From: an uncultured Oscillospiraceae bacterium
GTDB lineage: Bacteria > Bacillota > Clostridia > Oscillospirales > Oscillospiraceae
NCBI GenBank assembly: GCA_944386985.1
Contig: CALXDD010000012.1
Coordinates: 153 to 64,152 of the forward strand
Direction: 5' to 3'
Length of the DNA stretch: 64,000 nucleotides
The position numbers and the translations under genes were made by a program. Numbering within the stretch: the stretch's first letter is position 1; each line of letters starts with the position of its first letter. The notes beneath the pieces are model-generated. The model was not told the DNA's origin. It searched no databases and saw only the letters and a program-made list of their open reading frames with translations. This document shows, in pieces, positions 18,490 through 27,009 of the stretch.

Positions 18490-19515
18490 TCAGGCCACCT
18501 TGACGGCCTCTTTTTTCGCCTTCTTGGAGGACTTCTTGCCATCGCGGCGCAGCACGTCGAACAGCACGCAGGCCACCACGATCAGGCCAATGATGATGTT
18601 GCGGAAGGCCACGGGCACGTTGGCAAAGGTCAGGCCGCTCTGGAGGATGGCCCACACGCTGGCGCCGGCGATCACGCCCACCAGCAGGCCGCTGCCGCCC
18701 AGGGTGGACACGCCGCCGATAACGGCTGCGGCCACGGCGTACATCTCGTAGCTCATGCCGGCGCTCATATCGCCCATACCGGACTGCGCCATGGTGATCA
18801 GGCCGGTGAGGAAGGCGCAGAAGGCGGAGACCATATAGGCCTTGGTGGTGGTGGCGAAGACGTTGACGCCGGAGAGGCGGGCCGCATCCACATTGGAGCC
18901 GATGGCATAGATGTGGCGGCCGGAGCGGGTGAAGGTGAGGATGTAGAAGAAAATGGCCCAGACGATCAGACCGATCCACACGCCGTTATAGATGCCCAGG
19001 GTCTTGCCGTAGTAGAGAATATCCTTGTACATCTGGGCAGCGCCCTCGCTGCCGATGTTGTCGGTATTATAGTTGCCGTTGGCCAGCTGCGCCACGCCGC
19101 GGGCGATGGTCATGGTGCCCAGGGTGCCGATGAAGGGGGGCAGCTTGAACTTACCCACCAGAAGGCCGTTGATGAAGCCGGTGAACATGCAGGCCAGGAA
19201 GGCCACCAGCACAGCCACCAGAGGATGGGAGCCGTTGCACATCATGGTGGCGGAGATCATGGCGCTCATGCCCAGCACAGAGCCGATGGACAGGTCGATG
19301 TTTCCGGTGATACAGACATAGGCCTGGCCGATGCCCACCAGCAGGAAGGGAACCACGGAGCGCATCAGGGTCAGAAGACTGTTGGGCTTGGCGAAGTTGG
19401 GATTCAAAATGGAAAAAATGATCATCAAAACGATGACACCGGCGAAGGCAGTCAAGACAGAGGCGATGCCCCGGATAGCCAGAAACCTCTGCATCGGGTT
19501 CAGCTTTTTTTGCAT
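18490..19515 (-). CDS. Sugar ABC transporter permease (RbsC-like)
   Basis: 341 aa, polytopic. RbsC-like in sequence and operon position. Confidence 0.9.
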   Translation of the reverse strand: MQKKLNPMQRFLAIRGIASVLTAFAGVIVLMIIFSILNPNFAKPNSLLTLMRSVVPFLLVGIGQAYVCITGNIDLSIGSVLGMSAMISATMMCNGSHPLVAVLVAFLACMFTGFINGLLVGKFKLPPFIGTLGTMTIARGVAQLANGNYNTDNIGSEGAAQMYKDILYYGKTLGIYNGVWIGLIVWAIFFYILTFTRSGRHIYAIGSNVDAARLSGVNVFATTTKAYMVSAFCAFLTGLITMAQSGMGDMSAGMSYEMYAVAAAVIGGVSTLGGSGLLVGVIAGASVWAILQSGLTFANVPVAFRNIIIGLIVVACVLFDVLRRDGKKSSKKAKKEAVKVA

Positions 19516-19562
19516 GATGCAAACTCTCCTTTATTGTAGTGAAATAGGGGGGAATCACATTG

Positions 19563-21065
19563 TCAGTTGGAACCGAACCGGGTGGCGTAGGTCATGATCT
19601 CCTCCTCGGTGGTACCACGGGGGTCCACCTCGCCGGTGATCCGGCCATTGCACATGACCAGAATCCGGTCGGAAATGCCCATGACCTCGGGCAGCTCGCT
19701 GGACACGATAATAACCACCACGCCGTTCTTCTTCAGCTGGTTGATGATCTCGTAGATCTCCACCTTGGCGGCCACATCGATGCCGCGGGTGGGCTCGTCA
19801 AAGATCACCACCCGGGAGTCCCGGGCCAGCCACTTGGCCACAACCACCTTTTGCTGGTTGCCGCCGGAGAGGCTCCCGGCGTCCACCTCGGCAGAGGACA
19901 TCTTGATGGTCAGAGAGGACTTGCCCTTCTCGATCATCTTGTTCTCCTTGCCCCGCAGCACGGTGCCGAGCTTGGCACAGATCAGGTCCAGGTTGGGCAG
20001 GGCAATGTTGCTGCGGATGGAGAGCTTGGTGCACAGGCCGTCCTTCTTCCGGTCCTCCGGCGCCAGCACAATGCCCTGACGGATGGCGTCGGCGGGGTTG
20101 TGGATGGTCAGCTTCTTCCCGTCCAGAATGATCTCGCCGCCGTCCTTGGGATCCGCGCCGAAAATGGCCCGCATGGTCTCGGTGCGGCCGGCGCCCACCA
20201 GGCCGGAGAAGCCCAGCACCTCGCCCTCGTAGGCGTCGAAGCTGACGTCCTTGACCATACGGCCCGCCCGGAGGTGCTTGACCTCCAGCACCTTCTTGCC
20301 CCGGGGGACGGTGTCCCGGGGGAACTGGTTGGTGATTTCGTGGCCCACCATGTTGGCAATGATCTGCTCCATGGTGAAGTCGGTGAACTTGCCTTCGGTG
20401 ATGTAGTGGCCGTCCCGCATGATGGTGACGCTGTCCACAATGTGGTGCAGCTCCTGGAGACGGTGGCTGATGTACACGATGGCGCAGCCCTGGCTGCGCA
20501 GCTCCCGCACAATGCGGAACATCTCCTCGATCTCCGCGTTGGACAGAGCGGAGGAGGGCTCATCCATCACCAGCACCTTGGCGTTGATCAAAAGAGCCTT
20601 TGCGATCTCCACCATCTGCTGGCGGCCTACGGTCAGGTCGCCTACGGTGGTATTGGGGTCCAGATCGTGAATGCCCAGCTTGGCCAGCTGCTCCCGGGCC
20701 TGACGGTTCATTTCCGCGGTGTCCATGCGGCCGCCCTTGAGAATCTCACGCCCCAGAAACATATTGGCAGACACAGACAGGTGCTGGCACATATTCAGCT
20801 CCTGGTGGATGATGGCCACGCCCAGCTCCTGGGCCTGCTTGGTGTTCAGGTCGCCCTCCACCTTATGGCCGAAAATTTCAATACTGCCGGAATCTCTGGT
20901 ATACACGCCGGAGAGGATCTTCATCAGGGTCGATTTGCCGGCGCCGTTCTCTCCCAGCAGCGCCATGACCTCGCCTGCTCTCAGATGAAGCTGAACGTCA
21001 TCCAAAGCCTTGACGCCGGGGAAGGTTTTGGTGATATGCTCCATAGAAACAGCATATTCGCTCAT
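19563..21065 (-). CDS. Sugar ABC transporter ATP-binding protein (RbsA-like, two NBDs)
   Basis: 500 aa. Walker A GENGAGKST. Second signature LSGGNQQK. Confidence 0.95.
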   Translation of the reverse strand: MSEYAVSMEHITKTFPGVKALDDVQLHLRAGEVMALLGENGAGKSTLMKILSGVYTRDSGSIEIFGHKVEGDLNTKQAQELGVAIIHQELNMCQHLSVSANMFLGREILKGGRMDTAEMNRQAREQLAKLGIHDLDPNTTVGDLTVGRQQMVEIAKALLINAKVLVMDEPSSALSNAEIEEMFRIVRELRSQGCAIVYISHRLQELHHIVDSVTIMRDGHYITEGKFTDFTMEQIIANMVGHEITNQFPRDTVPRGKKVLEVKHLRAGRMVKDVSFDAYEGEVLGFSGLVGAGRTETMRAIFGADPKDGGEIILDGKKLTIHNPADAIRQGIVLAPEDRKKDGLCTKLSIRSNIALPNLDLICAKLGTVLRGKENKMIEKGKSSLTIKMSSAEVDAGSLSGGNQQKVVVAKWLARDSRVVIFDEPTRGIDVAAKVEIYEIINQLKKNGVVVIIVSSELPEVMGISDRILVMCNGRITGEVDPRGTTEEEIMTYATRFGSN

Positions 21066-21110
21066 TATGGGGCTCCTTTCTATTGTTGTCGCCGGGGAAA
21101 GGGGGATCGC

Positions 21111-21794
21111 TTAGTCCTTTGCGGGAGGATACTCCGTGCAGAGCAGGCGATAGGGGGGCTCATCCTCCTCGATGGTGGGGAAGCGGCCCAGAGGCTCATA
21201 GAAGCGGTTGTCGGTGTTGTCGTCGTTGCACATGCTCACCTCGCCCACCAGAGCGGTGCCGGAGCCGGGCTCGATGGTGAACTCGTGATAATAGTAGGGA
21301 TACAGGCTCAGGCTCTCGCCGGGGTGCAGAACGATCTCCGTGCCGGCGGGCACCATGTAGCGGCGGCCGTCCTGGCAGATCTCCACGTCGGTGTCAGCCA
21401 GCTTCTCGTCGGGGGTAGCGTTCCACAGGCGGAACACCACGTTGCCGCCGCCGCGGTTGATGATGTCCTCCATCTTGTTCCAGTGGAAGTGGTTGGGGGA
21501 AACCTGACCCTCACGGATCATCATGATCTTCTCAGCGTAGGTCTTGGTGTACTTGGCGTTTTTCACGTTGCCGTTGCGGATGGTGATAAGGGCCAGGCCC
21601 AGCTTGTCGTAGTTGCCCATGCCGTAGTCGGTGACATCCCAGCCCAGGGCGTTGTCCCGGATCTCATCATACTCGTGGTTCTTCTCAGCCCACTCCTCGG
21701 GGGTGAAGCTGAGGAAGGGGGGCAGCGCAAACTTATACTCCTTCAGCATGGCCTCAAACTCTTTGATAATGGCGTTGATCTCAGAACGTTTCAT
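21111..21794 (-). CDS. D-lyxose/D-mannose family sugar isomerase (cupin)
   Basis: 227 aa. The N-terminus MKRSEINAIIKEF...LPPFLSFTPEEW...LGWDVTDYG matches the D-lyxose ketol-isomerase family pattern. Confidence 0.85.
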   Translation of the reverse strand: MKRSEINAIIKEFEAMLKEYKFALPPFLSFTPEEWAEKNHEYDEIRDNALGWDVTDYGMGNYDKLGLALITIRNGNVKNAKYTKTYAEKIMMIREGQVSPNHFHWNKMEDIINRGGGNVVFRLWNATPDEKLADTDVEICQDGRRYMVPAGTEIVLHPGESLSLYPYYYHEFTIEPGSGTALVGEVSMCNDDNTDNRFYEPLGRFPTIEEDEPPYRLLCTEYPPAKD

Positions 21795-21841
21795 AGCAAT
21801 CCATCTTCCTTTCTTTTATTGATCACTCTATTTTTGTTGTT

Positions 21842-22894
21842 TTATCGTTTTAAAAGCGCCGCCGCCTGTTCCCGGGCCGCCGCCAGCTCCTCCGCGCCCT
21901 CCAAAATGGAGAAGGTGAGGACATTGGTCTCGCTGGCAAAGGGGGCCAGGTGGTGGAGCGTCCCCTCCGCCTCATGGCGGGGACGGCCGTAGACGCAGGA
22001 ATTGGAGGGCTCCAGGCCCAGAACATAGTCCCCGGAGGCGGTGGATTTCCACTCCATGAAGTAGGGCAGGTTCTTCCGGGCAAACTCCAGCTTGACGCCG
22101 AGGCCCAGTTTGTCGTTGAGGACAAACACCTGGCTGTTGCCCTTCTCGTCGGCCGCAAGATCGTGGATAAACACATACTCCGGCTCGTTGTCCTTGGGGG
22201 CGTCCATCAGATTCCAGCGGTCCTCATGGCCCGCGGTGGTCTCGTCCCGGGGCGTCACCTTCCGGGTGGCCATCACCAGCTCCGTGCCCTCGTCCAGCAG
22301 AGGATAGCCCAGGTTGATGTGGTAGAGGAGCATGAGGGGCTCGCTGCGGTAGCCCTGGTTTTCAATGGTGTCGGTAACGGTGATCTTCCGCTCCCCCAGC
22401 CGGGTCTCCACGGTGCGCCGGAGAATCAGGTTCTCCCCAAACAGCTCCGCCTCCCGCATCTCGCCGCTGCAGCGGAGGACGTACTGGTCCCCCTCCCACA
22501 CGCCGTCGGCGCTGATATGCTCGGCGGGAGTGGTGCGGATGCGGCCGTGCATGGGGTAATCCTTGCCGTTCAGGGTGCACGGCGCGCAGATATTCTCAAG
22601 GCCGGCGGTAAAGAAGAGGCCGCCCATAATGCTGCGCAGGGCCTCGTCGCCGTGGGTGTCGTAGTGGTTGCGGCCCTGAAGGCCGGGCTTGGAGAGGAAA
22701 TTGAGGTTCACGCCCTTGTAGCAGAACTCCTCCACATCCAGGCACTTGTCCGCCAGAACCCGGTAGCTCAGGGGACCGTTTTTTACCTCGTAGGCCCGAA
22801 GGCCCTTGGCCCGTCCCTCCTCAAAGGTCACAGGCCGTATGTACGCCAGCTGCTGGAGGCTTCCCACCCGGCGCAAAAGCTGTTCTCTGTCCAT
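21842..22894 (-). CDS. Aldose 1-epimerase-like protein (DUF4432-type)
   Basis: Start trimmed to MDREQLLRRVGSLQQLAYIRPVTFEEGRAKG. 350 aa. Confidence 0.8.
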   Translation of the reverse strand: MDREQLLRRVGSLQQLAYIRPVTFEEGRAKGLRAYEVKNGPLSYRVLADKCLDVEEFCYKGVNLNFLSKPGLQGRNHYDTHGDEALRSIMGGLFFTAGLENICAPCTLNGKDYPMHGRIRTTPAEHISADGVWEGDQYVLRCSGEMREAELFGENLILRRTVETRLGERKITVTDTIENQGYRSEPLMLLYHINLGYPLLDEGTELVMATRKVTPRDETTAGHEDRWNLMDAPKDNEPEYVFIHDLAADEKGNSQVFVLNDKLGLGVKLEFARKNLPYFMEWKSTASGDYVLGLEPSNSCVYGRPRHEAEGTLHHLAPFASETNVLTFSILEGAEELAAAREQAAALLKR

Positions 22895-22899
22895 GGCGG

Positions 22900-23478
22900 T
22901 TACTCCAGATTGGCGTGGTACTGCCACAGGCTCTTCATGTCAAGATTCCGCTCCTCAATGATCATCTTGGCCAGAATGTCCCCCACCAGCAGAAGGGTCT
23001 GCTCAAAAAGGGAGGTCATGGGCTGGCAGGAGTCGATCTCGTCCTCCAAGTAGAACTTGGTGCGAACGGGAATGCGGACCATGAAGTCGCAGATGTCCTT
23101 CATCTCGCTGTTGGGGTTGGAGCCGATGTGGACGATCTTGCAGTCCACCGCCGCCCGGGCCTTCTTGGCGATGCCCAGGGGGAAGAGGGAGGCCCCGGAG
23201 CCGGAGCCCACGATCAGAAGGTCGTTTTTGGTGATGGCGGGCTCGGTGATCTCCCCCACATAGTGGGTCTTGATGCCCAAGTGGGCCAGCCGCTTGCAGA
23301 CGCTCTGCAGACTCAGCAGCACCCGGCCCACGCCTACGAAAAACACCTGGTCCGCCGCCAGAATCTCCTGGCACAGCCGCTCCAAAGAGGCGGGATCGAT
23401 GCTCTGCAGCGTCCGCTGCAGCTCATTCAGCACCGCGCCGCAGGTGTCCTGATATTTCTTGGCAAATTCTTCGCTCAT
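22900..23478 (-). CDS. SIS-domain sugar-phosphate isomerase (6-phospho-3-hexuloisomerase-like)
   Basis: 192 aa. SIS motifs FFVGVGRVLLSLQSVCKRLAHLG and LLIVGSGSGAS. Confidence 0.85.
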   Translation of the reverse strand: MSEEFAKKYQDTCGAVLNELQRTLQSIDPASLERLCQEILAADQVFFVGVGRVLLSLQSVCKRLAHLGIKTHYVGEITEPAITKNDLLIVGSGSGASLFPLGIAKKARAAVDCKIVHIGSNPNSEMKDICDFMVRIPVRTKFYLEDEIDSCQPMTSLFEQTLLLVGDILAKMIIEERNLDMKSLWQYHANLE

Positions 23479-24185
23479 TTCTGGTTCCCTCCCAAAATTT
23501 CACTGCGCAGCTGATGGAGCTTGTCAAAATCCTCCTTGAGGTGGCCCTTGCGCACGCAGGTGCTGCCCACCACGAACAGGTCCACATCCTCCTTGCCGTA
23601 GTCCCGCACATTCTCCGCGGAAACCCGGCCGTCGATCTCGATCTTGGTGGCAAGCCCCCGCTCCCGGATCATCTTCCGCAGCTCCCGGATCTTCCGGGCG
23701 CCGTAGTCCACCTGCTTCTCGCCCTTCACAAAGGCGTAGCCGGGATTGATGAGCATCAGCAGCACCGTGTCGCACTTGTCCAGCACATATTCCACGGTGG
23801 AGAGGGGGGTGGCGGGCTTCAGGGCCACGCCGGCCTTCACGCCGGCGGCATGGATGCGGTTGAGCATGCCGTCGATATGGGGCTCGCTCTCGGCGTGAAA
23901 GACGATCTGCTCCACACCGATGTCCAGCAGCTCATTAATAAAGTAGTCCTGCTCCGTCACCATGACGTGACAGTCAAAAAACAGGTCTGTCCGGCCGCGC
24001 AGCTGCCGCACCGTGTCAAGGCCCAGGGGCATGCTGGGGCTGAAGTGGCCGTCCAGGATGTCCACATGGAGCATGCCGATGCCGCTCTGCTCGATCTCAC
24101 GGACCGACTGCTCCAGATTGCACAGGTCGCAGCAGGAGATGAGGGAGGGCGTATAGATCAAAGAGGTGTTCCAAATCTCGTTCAT
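23475..24185 (-). CDS. Ribulose-phosphate 3-epimerase family protein (allulose-6-phosphate 3-epimerase-like)
   Basis: Start trimmed to MNEIW after GAGGAGG. Contains HVDILDGHFSPSMPLG. 236 aa. Confidence 0.9.
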   Translation of the reverse strand: MNEIWNTSLIYTPSLISCCDLCNLEQSVREIEQSGIGMLHVDILDGHFSPSMPLGLDTVRQLRGRTDLFFDCHVMVTEQDYFINELLDIGVEQIVFHAESEPHIDGMLNRIHAAGVKAGVALKPATPLSTVEYVLDKCDTVLLMLINPGYAFVKGEKQVDYGARKIRELRKMIRERGLATKIEIDGRVSAENVRDYGKEDVDLFVVGSTCVRKGHLKEDFDKLHQLRSEILGGNQK

Positions 24186-24198
24186 CCCGCGGTCCTCC

Positions 24199-25131
24199 TC
24201 AGCTGAGATATTGCTCGATCTGCTGCCGGGTGGGCAGAGAAGGAATGGCGCCCTTGCTCTGTACGCAGATCCAGCCGGCCACGTTGCCGTACTCCATGGC
24301 CCGGCGGAGAATCTCCTCCGTGATCTGGGAGGCCCGCTCCACGCCCTGAATGCGCAGGCTGGAGAGGAAGCCGCCCCAGAAGGCGTCCCCCGCGCCGGTG
24401 GCGTCCACACACACCGCCTTGCGGCCGGGGATCTCCAACACCTTGCCCTTAAAGAAGCACCGGGCGCCGTCGCCGCCCAGGGTCTCCACCACCAGCGTCA
24501 GGCCATAGCGCTCCATGAGGGCGGGCAGATTCTTCTCGCCGCCCATCATCTCCACCTCTTCCTCGCTGATCTTCAGAAGATCCACATAGGGGAGGATCTC
24601 AAGGACCTTGGCGGTGCAGGCGTCCTGGTCGTCGTTCCACATAAGGTTGCGGTAGTTGACGTCAAAGCTGACCAGCTTGTTCTTCTCCCGGCCCAGCCGC
24701 AGCGCCCGGACCGTGGCCTCGGCCACCGGGGAAGCGGACAGGGAGCAGGAGCCGGCGTGGATGATCGCCGCGTCGGCGATGTCCTCCTCCTTCACGTCCT
24801 CCTCGGAGAGGAACATGTCTGCGCCGGGCTTCCGGGCAAACGTAAAGCTGCGGTCGCCGTCGGGAGCCAGCGTGACGAACGCCATGGTGGTGATGGCGCT
24901 GCTGCACAGCTGAGGGTGAAGGGCACGGACGCCGCAGTCCTGAAGGGTCTTCATCAAAAAGCGGCCGAAATCATCCTCTCCCACGGAGCAGCACATCCCG
25001 GCCTCCAAGCCGTTGCGGGCCACGGCAATGGCCACATTGGCCGGTGCGCCGCCTGCGTTTCTTATGTAACTTCCCTGCTCGCTGCCGGGAATAAAATCAA
25101 TGACCATCTCGCCAATGCTGAAAAGATCCAT
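24199..25131 (-). CDS. PfkB-family carbohydrate kinase (fructokinase-like)
   Basis: 310 aa. Contains NAGGAPANVA and VDATGAGDAF motifs. Confidence 0.9.
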   Translation of the reverse strand: MDLFSIGEMVIDFIPGSEQGSYIRNAGGAPANVAIAVARNGLEAGMCCSVGEDDFGRFLMKTLQDCGVRALHPQLCSSAITTMAFVTLAPDGDRSFTFARKPGADMFLSEEDVKEEDIADAAIIHAGSCSLSASPVAEATVRALRLGREKNKLVSFDVNYRNLMWNDDQDACTAKVLEILPYVDLLKISEEEVEMMGGEKNLPALMERYGLTLVVETLGGDGARCFFKGKVLEIPGRKAVCVDATGAGDAFWGGFLSSLRIQGVERASQITEEILRRAMEYGNVAGWICVQSKGAIPSLPTRQQIEQYLS

Positions 25132-25436
25132 CGGCGCGCCTCCTTTTGTATAGTTGATTTACTATCTTCCTGTGTTTTTACACTATCACACCAGATTCGC
25201 CCTGTCAATTCCCTTTTTCCCATTCTCGCACACAGGTCCTTCGAAACTGGTCATTTTTAGGAAAAAATTACTGCTTTGCAGCAAAAAATTTGCTATTCAA
25301 AAGTTGCGCGCCCTCGAAAAGAATCCGGATTATATCAAGCATTTGCATCGAAATAATTCAAATTTTACTTTTAACGATCTTGAATTTGTTAAAATCGCAG
25401 ATTTTTTGTTATCAACGGCGGGAATAAAAAGAAAAA

Positions 25437-25462
25437 GGCGTCTGCCCCGCGGGGCAGACGCC
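25437..25462 (-). terminator. Intrinsic terminator after the ROK regulator gene
   Basis: GGCGTCTGCCCC / GGGGCAGACGCC, flanked by A- and T-runs. Confidence 0.7.
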
Positions 25463-25504
25463 TTTTTCCTTAAAATGTTCTGGTTTTTGTCGAACGCAGC
25501 AGCA

Positions 25505-26674
25505 TTATCGGCGCTCAATTGTCAGATTGCCTGAAAAAATCTGAACAATTGCATTGCAGGCAGACCCGAATAATGAAGCATCCTGCATAAAGTAAGCTTT
25601 CTTTACTAATACAGGCTCCTCCCACTCCACAAAACGACGCCGGTTGATTTCCTCCTCCAAAGCGGCGACACAGCGGTCCGGCCAGTACACACTGTCGTTT
25701 CCCAGCAAAACCAGCTCGCTATTTAGTATATTGATTGTACTAACTGTGGCGGTAGCCAGCTTCTCCACCGCGTCCTGGAAGATCATATCCACCTTTTTAT
25801 CGCCCTCCAGCTTGCCGAAGGCCTCATAGGTGTAATACTTTCCGGTGTGGTATCTGAGCTTTTTGAGCAGCTCCGGAGAGCGCAGATACGCCTCCAGGCA
25901 GCCCTTGTTGCCGCACGGGCAGGGCTTGCCGTTGGCGTCGATGCTGACGTGGCCCATCTCCGGAGGGAGCCCCCGGCGGTTGCAGTAGAGCTGTCCGTCG
26001 CTCATGATGCCGCAGCCCACGCCCTCGCTGATACCGATGAACAGCACGTCGTGGTACCCTTTTGCGTTTCCGTAGAGGCTCTCCGCCAGCAGCGCGCTCT
26101 GGTTGTCGTGGTCCAAAAAGACGGGAAGATGGTAGCGTTCCTGAATGATCTGCACAATTTTCACATTTTGGATGCCAAAGAAAAAGAAGGGCTTGAGGAT
26201 CATGCCCGCGGCAATGCTGATGGGTCCCACCGACGCCACCCCCACGGCGGCCACATTGTCCTCCCCGTAGAGCACCGTATCCAGAAGCTGGTATACCGTC
26301 TGAATCAGCTTCTCCTCCGTCATATCCTCCATGGTGGCCTTCTCCCGCTTCAGCACCTGGAGATTCAGGTCACAGAGAATACACTCGCACCTGTCCCGAG
26401 AAATCACCAGCCCCGCCACCTTGGGGGCCTCGGGCGAGATCACCAGGCGGATGGGATTGCGGCCCGGCTCCTCGTTGCGAACGGTCTCCTTCTCCTCCAG
26501 AATGCCAAGCTCCATCAGCTCCGACACGATATTGGATATGGTCATCTTGCTCAGCCCGGTGCTCCGCACCAGCTCGCTTCTGGTGGTGCACTGGCCTGTG
26601 GCAACCATTTTTGTTACAAGGCCCCGGTTGGTCCTCCGGTTGTCGCTGCTGTTTTTTCCCACTCGCTCCCACAT
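25505..26674 (-). CDS. ROK-family transcriptional regulator
   Basis: Start trimmed to MWERVGKNS. N-terminal wHTH (RSELVRSTGLSKMTISNIVSEL). ROK zinc motif CPCGNKGCLE. 389 aa. Confidence 0.9.
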   Translation of the reverse strand: MWERVGKNSSDNRRTNRGLVTKMVATGQCTTRSELVRSTGLSKMTISNIVSELMELGILEEKETVRNEEPGRNPIRLVISPEAPKVAGLVISRDRCECILCDLNLQVLKREKATMEDMTEEKLIQTVYQLLDTVLYGEDNVAAVGVASVGPISIAAGMILKPFFFFGIQNVKIVQIIQERYHLPVFLDHDNQSALLAESLYGNAKGYHDVLFIGISEGVGCGIMSDGQLYCNRRGLPPEMGHVSIDANGKPCPCGNKGCLEAYLRSPELLKKLRYHTGKYYTYEAFGKLEGDKKVDMIFQDAVEKLATATVSTINILNSELVLLGNDSVYWPDRCVAALEEEINRRRFVEWEEPVLVKKAYFMQDASLFGSACNAIVQIFSGNLTIERR

Positions 26675-27009
26675 GGCTGTAAACCTCTCCGCCCTGTCCC
26701 GGGCACTCCATTTTGTAAATATTTTAGAAGATACCCCAAGGTTTGTCAAGGATACCCCGGGGAAGAGCGGGAGAAGAAGTCCGGAGGAGAAAGTAAGGGT
26801 GCGAAGAATTGTAAAAATCTGCAGGTTTGGATGCGCCGCCGTCCCGGCAGGCCGCAGCCGGAAGCGGCGGCGCCGGCAGGCGGAGCGCCGGAAAATCCGG
26901 CCGGTTCTCTCCGCCCATGCCGGAGAGCCTCTCAAAGCAAGAAAAAAGCAAGGCATCTTTTCAAGCCAACACAGCGCATTTATGATATGATGGAGCAAAA
27001 CAGGCGGAG

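Noticed and set aside
19560-23053. 810-aa and 367-aa plus-strand ORFs
   Set aside because: They are antisense to the RbsA-like ATPase, the lyxose isomerase and the DUF4432-like gene. The composition is shadow-ORF-like.
26700-27009. Possible M-box or other riboswitch upstream of mgtA1
   Set aside because: The region is GC-rich with a 9-bp inverted repeat (GCGCCGCCG / CGGCGGCGC), and CCCATGCCGGAGAGCCTCTCAAAGC faintly resembles the M-box 3' block. The core blocks are missing. A TATGATATGAT -10-like element only ~25 nt before the start suggests a short leader. This needs a covariance-model scan before any call.
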